Shown in pieces: positions 40,921-51,764 of a stretch of DNA of 64,000 bases. Source of the DNA: Eledone cirrhosa. Lineage: Eukaryota. Every line of letters begins with the position of its first letter. The stretch's first letter is position 1. The notes beneath the pieces were generated by a model that was not told where the DNA came from, searched no databases, and saw only the letters and a list, made by a program, of their open reading frames with translations. The translations under genes were made by a program, and so were the position numbers. The stretch covers positions 173,352,001-173,416,000 of the forward strand of contig OZ024740.1 in the NCBI GenBank assembly GCA_964016885.1. The letters are read 5' to 3'.

Positions 40921-42225
40921 GCCACCACTGATCCTTCATCTGAGAAAGACTCCGCCTAACACGTGATTTTACATACCTGAGTTCCTCATGCAGCGTATTC
41001 CTCTCCTGTGGTTTTGCCGTCAAGTAGCGTGACAGAGCACGCCTCTTATCAGCCAACAAGTCTTCTATATGTACATCATTCTCATCAAACCAGTCCTGAT
41101 GTTTCCTCTACGCCAATCCCAGAACACGCCTGCCTACATCATAAACCGACTTTTTAAGGGTCGGCCAATCCTCACCAAGATCTGCAGCCTGCATCTCTTC
41201 TTCCAATGTCCTCTTCACATTTTTATCCTTAAGACGAGCAGCATTCAATCTTTTGGGCAGGGCAACACCAGGAGGCCGGATTTTACGTTTAGTGATTAGT
41301 TTCACTTTTGCGCGTACTAGGCAGTGGTCCGTCCAGCACTCAGCTCCACGAAGAACACGAACACATTGCACATCCTGTCTGTCACGCATCCTGACTAGGA
41401 CGTAGTCCAAAAGATGCCATTCCTTAGATGCAGGATGCATCCATGTGGTCTTGAATTTGTTCTTTTGTTGGAACATGGTGTTGGTAACACACAGATCCAG
41501 CTCCTCACACATCTGCAGCAGGAGCATACCATTGCTGTTACACTTTCCCACCCCATGCCTTCCGATTACATTCCATGTGTTAAAATCCCTACCCACTCTA
41601 GCATTAAAGTCACCAAGCACGATGACTTTGTCTGCCTGAGGGATATTTCTTAAAACACCTTTCAAGGCATGGTAAAAGGACACCTTTTCCTCATCGACAG
41701 AACTCATAGTTGGAGCATACACACTCACCAGGGTAGCATATCTGCCCTTGTCCAGCGGAACTCTCATGGACATAAGACGCTCACTAACCCCTACTGGGAA
41801 TTCCTCTAATTTGTTCACAAGCACAGTCTTAACAGCAAATCCTACCCCAGCCTCTCTTCTGGTTCCTTCATCTCTTCCTTTCCAGAAGAATGTATATTCT
41901 CCACAAAATTCCGTAAGATGACCATCTCCAGCTAGCCTCGTCTCAGATAAAGCCACGATGTCAAGATCGTAACGTCGAAGCTCCTTTGCAACAAGAGCGG
42001 TCCTTCGTTCAGGACGCCCCAAGGAATCCCTGTCAAACAGCGTCCGTACGTTCCAGCAGCCAAGACTAAATGCCTTGTTTGGCTCTATTACAATGGCACG
42101 ATGACGAGCGGGCCCAGGCTGTGATAACCTGGGGCCCCTGCCCTTATTGCCAATGATCTTTTTTGTTCCAGAACCTAAATTGCCAATTATCTCTTTTATA
42201 TTGTTCTGGAACATCATTGAATTGG

Positions 42226-42256
<31 letters not shown>

Positions 42257-42590
42257 TAATAATAGTAATAATAATAATAATAATAGTACACTATTAATAA
42301 TTATTAATGCACTCGTGCAATGCCTGTGCGTGACGAATATTTTTAAAGTGAGGAAAGACTGTGCACTGAGCCAATCCCACTCTCTGAGCGACAGTAGCTA
42401 TAACCCGAAAAGAAGAAAAGATCAACATCATCAGTAACTACTGAGCCGCAGGTTTTATGTCGGAGTTAACCCAGTTTCCTGAGATGCCTTCTCCTAGAAG
42501 AATGCCCTGACAAGGGCTAGGGGTTCTTCACTCCCAGTGGTTTAACTGCGCGATCGGGCATCCAGCCCGATTATTTCTATGTCCCCGCGC
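40921..42590 (-). mobile_element. RTE-clade (BovB-like) LINE: 5' UTR plus AP-endonuclease, 3'-truncated
   Basis: ORF 41108-42217: CWNVRTL, RPERRTALVA, VALSETR, VYAPT, LGDFNARVG, TWMHP, LDYVLV, TDH. A single in-frame TAG at 41108 is followed by RKHQDWFDEN..KDQWW and an abrupt end. Confidence 0.9.
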
Positions 42591-42685
42591 AAAAAAAAAA
42601 AAAAAAAAAAAAAAAAATCACTTATTGACACTTATACGTACGACATACACACACGCGCATACATATGCGCGCACACAGCAACACA

Positions 42686-42952
42686 CATACATACATACAT
42701 ACATACATACATACATACATACATACATACATACATACATACATACATACATACATACATACATACATACATACATACATAGCTGGCACCTTCAAAATAT
42801 GCAAAACATTCTTGCGATTCAAGGGATGACAATTTCTTTTCTTTTACAACCTTGCCACCAGGAAGGTGGCCGGTCAAAAAAATATACTCGAAATTAAGAG
42901 AAAGAGAAAACATACATACATACATACATACATACATACATACATACATACA
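42686..42952. repeat. (CATA)n microsatellite split by a 130-bp insert
   Basis: Arrays at 42686-42781 and 42911-42952. Confidence 0.93.
42782..42910 (+). mobile_element. Extremely 5'-truncated R4/Dong-like LINE (last codons plus 3' UTR)
   Basis: Reads AGTFKICKTFLRFKG* (42782-42829), similar to the GT..I.K.FL C-terminus of R4-clade ORFs. Followed by a short UTR and (CATA)n. Confidence 0.55.
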
Positions 42953-45900
42953 TGTCCTTTGTAGAATTAAAAACTAACTGAAAAGAAATATTACCCAAGC
43001 TGTGAATAACTTTAAATTTGATTCTGACAGAACTTTGTCGAAACTTTTAAAGAAGATCATCGACTATTTTCAAAAATAAATACGAAATATTAGTGAATAG
43101 ACGAACTCATCATGGCAAAAAGTACAAATCTCCTTCGACCAAATCGCAACTTCAACCGTTGTATACAGTGGAGCTGCGAGCTTAACAAAGTATTATATGA
43201 AGCATACAAACAATCTGAACCCCAAAAGTTCGGTTTTATGCAAAGGCTAAAAACTTTATGGAACTACAAACACCCAGAATTAGACTTTTCTCCAAAGCAT
43301 TTAAATGAACAGGCAAAACGTATCATTGGATGTAAATTGATACATCTAACGGAATTGAGTGATACTACAAATACAGCCCTTGTAGACAACCACCCCACCT
43401 CCACTGACAGACAAAGAGAATGGTCAGCTAAATCTAACAGTGAACAGCTCACCAACAATTTTGCTGAAATCCATCCCACTTCGACAGAAGAACAGCGAGA
43501 AAGGTCAGCTAACTCTAGTAGTAATTGTCACCACATCAACAACGAGGCTGAAATTCATGACTCTACTGAACAAACAGAACACCAAAAACTTGTGGAAACC
43601 CTACAAGTGATATGGAACGATATGTTTCAAGAGATACACAGCCTTAATGTGAGTGACAGACCATACAACACCAGAATCAGTAAAGAACCCACTAAATTGG
43701 AATTGGAAACGGTGAACGAAATAGCTGGCAATTATCTGAAGGCTATGCGATCTAAAGGTGTAGAAACGACATTTGAAACGCTTAATATTTTGTTATATGT
43801 TTCAGCTGTCACATTGCTATCATATAACATACATCTAAAACCACGCAATCAAGATACAAACAGAAAGCCTGAACCGGCGTGGATGCGAAATTTAAAAAGC
43901 AAAATTTTGTCCCTGAGACGAAGTATCTCACACATAGCAGTCGTTATGAAATGCAACATAGAGAGCAACTTCACACGACACCAGGAAGACCTAAAAAAAA
44001 AGTTAGAGAGACGATTTGGAGATACAAAATTTAAAACTTTGAACTCCAAATTACACCAGTTGAAACAACAACTCACAGCTACAACAGGAAGACTAAAATA
44101 TAAGTCAACAGCACATAAACGACAAGTGCTAAATAGATTGTTTACCAGAGATCCTAAATCAGTTTATCGCAGCTTCGGTGGCAAAAGCTCAATCCCTGTA
44201 AATGACACCCTTTCAAAAGAACAGGTTGAGAGCTACTGGAGATCTGTATGGGAAACGGATGACGGATTCAACAGACAAACTAATTGGCTAAAAGAACTGG
44301 AACAGGACTACTGCCAACATGTCCAGACAAATCAATATGACATAGATGGATCAATACTGGAAACAGCTCTACAGAAAATGTCGAATAGGAAAGCGCCAGG
44401 CCCAGACCTCATTACAGGATACTGGTTGAAGAATTTCACTTTCTATCGGCAAGATCTCATACGGCTGTTTACAGAAACCATTAAAAGCACACAAGAACTG
44501 TCCAGATGGTTATCAACTGCCACTACTCTCCTCATTCCCCAAAATAGCCAAACCACCCTTGCTAAAAATTACCGTCCAATAGCCTGCCAAAACATCATGT
44601 ATAAATTATATACTGGGTGCCTTAACCTGTTCTTACAGGATCACTGTGCTACCAACAACATCATAACACCTGAGCAAGCTGGTGGAAACAGGGAGGTGTG
44701 GGGTTGCATAGATCACCTACTAACTAACAAAATGATTCAGGAAAAAACAACAAAGAATCGCAGAAACATGGCTGTGGTGTGGCTGGACTATCAAAAAGCA
44801 TTTGATAGTGTACCTCATGAGTGGATTATTAAGGCTTTACAGTTAGCTAAAGTCCCACAACCATTGGTAGTTGCTGTTGAACGCCTGACCAAGAACTGGT
44901 ACACCAATTTGATCCTTAGAGGTGAGAAGGAGCAAGTTAAGACTGATAAGATACATTACCAGAAGGGCATCTTTCAGGGTGATAGCTTGTCAGTGCTACT
45001 CTTCGTTCTCTCACTGAATCCACTATCTTACCTACTCAGGAAACAAGGTGGACAAAGAAGTGGGCCCAGAAGTATCTCCCATCTTTTCTTTGTTGACGAC
45101 CTGAAGTTGTATAGGCCAAATATCAATGACATCAAGAAACAATTGGACCTCATTACACAATTTTCAACCGACATCAAAATGAAATTTGGTGAGTCCAAGT
45201 GTGCATATTTGGCAGTAAAACGTGGAAGAGCTGTGCCCTCCTCTAGAAATCTAGAGATGAACGGCCTGACAATACAACCTCTACAGTCAGGTGACAACTA
45301 CAGATATCTTGGACAGGATGAGAATGTCAGATATGATGGACCCATAAATAAGGAGAGAACCAGAACTGAATACCTCAGAAGAGTAGAGAAAATATGGTCA
45401 TCAGAATTGTCAGCGTACAACAAATACATTGCCTACAATACTTATGCTGTGCCAATTCTAACGCCAACATTTGGCCTGCTGAACTGGTCATTGCAAGAAC
45501 TAAGTGAGATGGATGTTAGAACTCGAAAACTTCTCAGTGTTACTGGGAACTTTAACATCAATGGTGATGTGGATAGGCTATACTTCTCACGCAAGGAAGG
45601 TGGCCGGGGTCTAAAATCAATATTAACAACATATGAGACCCGGATAGTAACACTGAAGTAACACCTTCAACAGAGGAAAAAGGTTGGCAACCATCTTGCC
45701 CAGGTTTATGAGCATGAAAAAAAAAATATCATTAGAATAGCGACTGATCTGGAGGAGAGATATGGAATAAAGCCTGATATAAATCTCTCACCCAGAGAAA
45801 TCGGAAGATCCTATTCAATGTTCAAAAAAGATTTAAAAAATTGACCAATTTACAGAAAAAGTTGTGCATGGATACTTGAGGCGTAAAACACAGACCATAG

Positions 45901-46121
45901 ATGGGATAAACCACTCAAAAAGCCTGGCATGGAGTTCCGACAAGTTTATGACATCACACCTTGAGGGATATTTCTATGCAATACAGGAACAAGAATTCCC
46001 TACCAAATATCTGCTGCACAAAAGAGGAGGGCCAGCAGCTGACAATAAATGTAGGCTATGTAAAACAAAGATCGAGGATGTAAGCCACATTGTTGCCAGC
46101 TGCGAAAGAATGTCATCTCGC
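42953..46121 (+). mobile_element. R4/Dong-clade non-LTR retrotransposon, 5'-complete and 3'-truncated before the RLE
   Basis: ORF 43112-45661 with an R4-type N-terminus (W..ELN..LYEAY..SEP..GFMQRL..LW), KAPGPD, NYRPIAC, WLDYQKAFDSVPH, GIFQGDSLS, FFVDDLKLY, YRYLG. Nonsense at 45659, +1 frameshift near 45835, then HGY..AIQEQ..CRLC..HIVASC zinc knuckle. Confidence 0.9.
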
Positions 46122-46208
46122 AGATGAATGGCGCACAAAGGGTTAATGTTTATTGGCAAGAAGTTTTTTGAATAATAAAAGACGGGTTAAAGCGACCTAC
46201 AATGTATC

Positions 46209-46244
<36 letters not shown>

Positions 46245-46492
46245 ATTTAGAAACACACAGATACATGCGGACACACACATATACATGAATGCATCCGCAC
46301 CCAACCGTGAGTTAAGATTGCCAACTTCACCGATGTTGCTCAATGAATGACTGGGACAGACCAATCCGGTTGAACTAGACTGAACCAGTATCAGAGTTAA
46401 AAATACATTATGAAGAGAGAAGAAACATTTAGATATAATTAGTAATAAAATGTATCATACCTAAACTGCTCCTAATATATATATATATATAT

Positions 46493-46524
<32 letters not shown>

Positions 46525-46664
46525 ACACAGATACATATATATATTATATATATATACACAGATACATATATATATATATATGTATCTGTGTATATATATA
46601 TAATATATATATATATAATATAATATATATAATATAATATATATATATAATATAATATATATAT

Positions 46665-46711
<47 letters not shown>

Positions 46712-46722
46712 TATATAATATA

Positions 46723-46755
<33 letters not shown>

Positions 46756-46842
46756 GATACATTGTAGGTCGCTTTAACCCGTCTTTTATTATTCAAAAAA
46801 CTTCTTGCCAATAAACATTAACCCTTTGTGCGCCATTCATCT
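46122..46842. repeat. About 110-bp inverted repeat pair (46122-46230 / 46735-46842) enclosing TA arrays
   Basis: agatgaatggcgcacaaagggttaatg..cctacaatgtatctgtgtg and its exact reverse complement. The two identical N-termini MARSFLNNKRR in the ORF track reflect this. Confidence 0.92.
46240..46474 (-). mobile_element. Second, permuted partial copy (A-B) of the 3.3-4.0-kb hammerhead element
   Basis: 46407-46474 is the reverse complement of 3953-4020 (1 mismatch). 46240-46392 is the reverse complement of 3356-3508. They are joined by a 14-nt linker, with (TA)n on both sides. Confidence 0.8.
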
Positions 46843-47437
46843 AACTTTAGACCAACAAATACCAAGTAAACGGAGCGTTGACAAGAATGATGGAGAATGA
46901 ATCTTCAAGGTAAGCAGTTTCCTCCCGAGCTGTTAGTTCACGCGGGATTCTCTGCTACACCTTTTCGTAATAATACCGAACAACGTACTGCTGGTCACTC
47001 CTTCCTCCAAAAGCCGTACAAAGCGGACATGTGCATCGGGTAGATGGATCGGGTGAAAATCTACACGAGACCTATGGGAGAAATTCGCAAGGGACTGCAC
47101 CGTGAGGGATAGAGAGAAAGAGTAACTTAGTGGAAAGAGTGCGAATGAACTTTTGAGGTAAGTAGCCTACGCCTTACTGCTATGACACTGGAACCTTCTG
47201 CCAACTTAACCTGTGACTTTCTCTTTCACATTTACTCTAAAAGGCTAAAACAGAGGAGTATGAAAAGAAGAAGCTCAACAATATTTATATAAACAATGCA
47301 CGTAGACAGCAAAACTGTACTTTCAACTTCTTAATTTTCTCCAAATAAAACAAGCCTCCTGTCGGTATATTTTCGTGAGTTTATAACAGGCACTCACAAA
47401 TAAACGTTTCTCATTTGAGGTGCTATTACCATTGTTC

Positions 47438-47468
47438 TTACCCGTACAACGCCGGGATACACTGCTAG
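47438..47468 (+). mobile_element. Helitron-like 3' terminus
   Basis: Hairpin cccgtacaacgccggg, 8-nt spacer, then CTAG|T. Confidence 0.55.
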
Positions 47469-47814
47469 TATCTTTATATAACTAACAAATACAATTAGTT
47501 TAGTTATACAATCAATTAAGAAAATTAAAACATTATTAGTCATAGACTAATATTGCCTTTCTCGCTGTGTAATTATTTCTAATTAGCTTTTTAATGCAGG
47601 TAACATTTAAAAAGTTAACACTAACTTAACTTAGCACCAAGTGTCAACCTCACTTGTTAGAAATAGCAACAAAATTTCCTTTAAAAAACTGCCGTTTTGA
47701 AAAAAGAAAGAAAACATTGAATAAAATAGTCAATGATACATGATGACTGAAAAAACCTTGGACAGTCATAATTAGGTCTGATGAATGCAAATTTATGTCT
47801 AGAGACGGCTGGAT

Positions 47815-47890
47815 AGTTCAGAGTTGATAGGGGGAGACCAGATGGTCTTACCCTTTGTCCCTGGGTAGGAGGTAGATACCCCATTTGAGA
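47815..47890 (+). mobile_element. Small CRE RLE fragment
   Basis: Encodes DRGRPDGLTLCPWVGGRY, matching the minus-strand copies at 56-62 kb. Confidence 0.55.
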
Positions 47891-47899
47891 TTGACTAGT

Positions 47900-50875
47900 A
47901 ATCGTTTTATGACAATCATTTCTGCATACGAACCGACATTAACTACTAGTCAAGAATTGATTTTAGGTTTCTACCAGGATATTAGAGTTGTACTTTCCTC
48001 TGTACCTAGGGAAGAAAAGATCCTTTTATTTTGTGATTTAATGCTCGTGTAGGTCGTGACCATGATATTTGGGATGCAATAGGCCCATATGGTCTAGGAA
48101 TAATTAACGATAACGGATTACATCTTCAACTTTGTACAGAATTTGGATTGGTGATTTGCAACACATTTTTCCAATAAAAAGAAATTCATAAAGTCAGATG
48201 GACACATCCTAGATCAATACATGGCCACATATTAGATTACATCATTACTAGAAATCAAGATTTGCAAGATATTTGTTCAATAAAAGCAATGCGAGAGGAA
48301 CAGAGTGTGAGACAGATCATTCACTTTTAAGAGGTAAATTAAAGCTACGAATAAGGCGAAAATTAAGATTGGGTGGGATTAAGCTTCCTAAATGTATTGA
48401 CATTTCAAAATTAGACGGTGCTGAGATTCATGAAAACTTAGTTCGGACCTATAAAAGTGCTGAAATGGAGTTTGATGGACCGTGGGAAAAGTTTAAGGGT
48501 GTACACTCAGTTGGGTCTAACACGTTACGATTCAAGAAAAAGAAACACAGGAACAGTTTCCATGAAAACCGCCAAGAAATTGGCATCTTTCTGCAACAAA
48601 AGCAAGAACTATATCTCAAAATCCTTAAAGCGAGCCAGGCAGAATTACCAGCTTCTAAAACCTCATTCAAGTAATTGAAAGCAGCACTACAACAGGAACT
48701 GAGAAGAATGAACAATAAAAGGTGGGCTACTGTTGCTTCAGAAGCTCAAAGTGCATATGATAGAAAAGACAAGGGCACTCTACAATCCCATTAATCAAGT
48801 ACCATCAATGCTGATGGTATTATGAAGCGATGGCAGGAATATTTCGCTAATTTATTTCATAATCTATCAGAAATTGATTTAAAGGTAATCAACAGTGTCG
48901 ACCAGGCAGAAATAATTGCAGAGATGATGGATTTGCCTACATTGGCTAAAGTAGAGTCGGTAATTATGGGAATAAATACCAGGAAGGCTCCTGGTCTGGA
49001 TGGGATTCCAATTGAACTTTTGAAATGTGGAGTAGACATTATTACTTCTCATGTTTACTCGTTTATTCTTTGATATTGCGAATTTGGGAGGGTGGTTATA
49101 TGCACCAATATTGGATAGATGCAATCATAATATCCTCGTACAAGGGCAAAGCATCTATAGTAATATGCAACGACTATCGTGGTATCAGTGTGTTTGAAGC
49201 CACTGGTAAGGTTCTTGCCAAGTTGTTGCTTAACAGATTATCGACCTGGATCTGTCCTTTAGTTCTACCAGAGTCAGAGTGTGCTCAGACCAGATCGCGG
49301 CACCATATACACGATATTCACAGCACATCAATTACAGAAGTGCTTTTGACATAGATTTGATACAGTGGACGTCTTTGTAGATCTTACCAAGGCTCTTGAT
49401 AGTGTGAATCGAAATGCTGTGTGGATAATTCTCGGGAAACTTGGTTGCTCCCTAATGTTCGTGGATTTCTTTAGGAGGTTTCACAAGGACATTAAAAGAA
49501 GGGTTCATCTTAATCGTAAACTCACTGAGATGATCAAATTGAAAATGGTGTGAAACAAGGAGACATACCAGCACCAACCCAATTCTCCATCTATTTTGCA
49601 GCCTGTCTGAGCTATGCACTTAAGGATTGAAATGCGGGAGTTTACTTGTAATATCGGACATCTGGCAAACTTTTTAACATGCGCCACTTTCACGCTAAAT
49701 CGAAAACTTTTCAGGACATCATCCGTGAGCTGTTGTATGCTGATGATGCGGATCATGTTGGATCAATGGAGAAGGCATGCAGGTCATAATGGATCATTTT
49801 GCTAGGGCTTATTATTTTTTGGACTGACCATCAGCCTCACAAATAGTAAAGTAATATCCACTCTTCCCCCAAGCAAGGCTCGTGTTGAGCCAAACATAAT
49901 AGTTAACAATACACGACTGGGTATAGTAGATATGTTCACATATCGTGGAAGCCTTATCAGTAAGGATGGATTACTTGATGCGGAAATCAGAGAATTCAAA
50001 ATGCCATTTCAGCATGTGGAAAACTAAACAAAAGAGTAAGGACAGATTGGAGCCTTAATCTAGTAACTAAAATAAGTGTGTACAGAGCATGCGTGCTAAC
50101 TGTATTACTGTAAAGATCTAAGATGGACAACTTATAGACGGCACATAAAATGGCTAGAAAAGTTTTATCAAAACTGTCAGACAGATTTTCGAAATTAAGT
50201 GGACATCCTTGACACCAGATACAGAAGTACTGAGGAGAGCTGCTTGTGAATATATTGAAAAGTTCATTGTTTACAGCCAGATGCGTTGGACTGGCCATGT
50301 TGTTAGGATGGACGATACCAGGTTACCCAAGAGGTTGTTATAGAGAGAGCTTTTAAATAAAAAGATGTCAAATCATAAACCAAAGGAATGATTCAAAGAT
50401 GTGATTAGGCGTAATCTGAGGATTCTTGAAATTGGGAATCCTTAGCAGAGAACAGAATAGGTTGGTGTAGTATGATTAAAGATGAATGAGAGAAATTTGA
50501 GGCAAAATGTATCAAACATGCAGAGCTCACAAGATCCTACGAAAGAGAGTAAACAAAGAGATTCCAGAAGATTTCAATCCAAACTTTAGATGGAATATGT
50601 GTGAAAGAGTACTGCTTTCTAGAGCTGGTCACGTTAATCAACAAAATGTGCATGTAGTTGGCGAGACACAGGCTGACTATGATGAATTTTTGCTGCGGAG
50701 GCCAGAAAATTATATTTTTCATGCCTGTGGAAAAATCTGTTCTCAAAGTGATCTATCCAGACACTATAATCGACATGGTGAGGGCCACAATATTCGTTTT
50801 AAGTCTAGTATTTGTGAGAATACATGCGGCTCTGGGACTGGTCGTAAGAGACACTTACGTGCACACAATCGGGTA
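47900..50875 (+). mobile_element. Old, heavily mutated RTE-clade LINE (APE-RT-C-terminal C2H2 fingers)
   Basis: IISAYEPT, DFNARVG, TDHSLLR, KAPGLDGIP, DYRGIS, FVDLTKALDSVNR, GVKQG, LYADD, RWTGHVVRM, then C2H2-like motifs at 50.6-50.87 kb. Many stops and frameshifts. Confidence 0.87.
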
Positions 50876-51191
50876 ATTGTTAATATTTTATACGTATACA
50901 TTATTGGAATTATATATTCTGTCTACATAATATTACAAATAAAGGGAAAGGAAAAAAGAAAGAAAAAACACACAAGCAGGTAATACATACATCTAGGACC
51001 ACATACAACAAAAGGCAGGCGAAAGGGGTGGACAAACGAACAGCTGTCAGAGCAAAAGATAATCTCGGATAATTATCAACGACTTTTGAAGAGATGGCAA
51101 TATTCTTTAAAAGAATCAGCAATCATGCATGCATGAACTAGGCGAAAGGAAATAAAAAGCACTTCATAACAACGGTACAAAAATTAGAATG

Positions 51192-51197
51192 TTTATT
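51192..51197 (-). promoter_or_regulatory. Candidate polyadenylation signal of the zinc-finger gene
   Basis: AATAAA on the minus strand about 570 bp after the stop codon. Confidence 0.35.
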
Positions 51198-51445
51198 GTT
51201 TTATAAACAAATACTTCAAACTAAATTTTTCATGAAACAAAATAAAATGTGTCTTCTGATTATTTCCAAATAATATCATCTCCAATACTTTTGACGTAAA
51301 CGCAAAGAATAAAAAAAAAAAAACCAATGCCTTATATTTTGTAGGCTGAAAAACTGTCATGTATTTGAAACAAATATATATATATATATATATATATAGT
51401 TTTTTTTTTATTACTCTATTATATACATATATTGTATATAATAGA

Positions 51446-51491
<46 letters not shown>

Positions 51492-51764
51492 ATGTAATAA
51501 AAAAAAAACTACATGATCATCTATTACAAAACTGTAAAATCACTTATCTTATTCCATTCTCCAGTTTGCCCTAAATTTCTTTCCACGGTCGTAAGATGTC
51601 GTTAACGTAATACAGCGTTAATCTATCAGATTGTTATATAGTTGTTGTTATTGCGATCATTAAATTGGCTTTCATTCAGCAGCAAATGACTGTCAGCGTT
51701 AGTCGAATTTTCCGGAGTTTCGGACATTTTCTTAGTATCCAGTTCTCCGTTTGTTTTATTCCCA

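Noticed and set aside
43015-43060. Possible ribozyme in the Dong 5' UTR (GACA/TGTC-GAAA)
   Set aside because: No recognisable core box or stems I and III.
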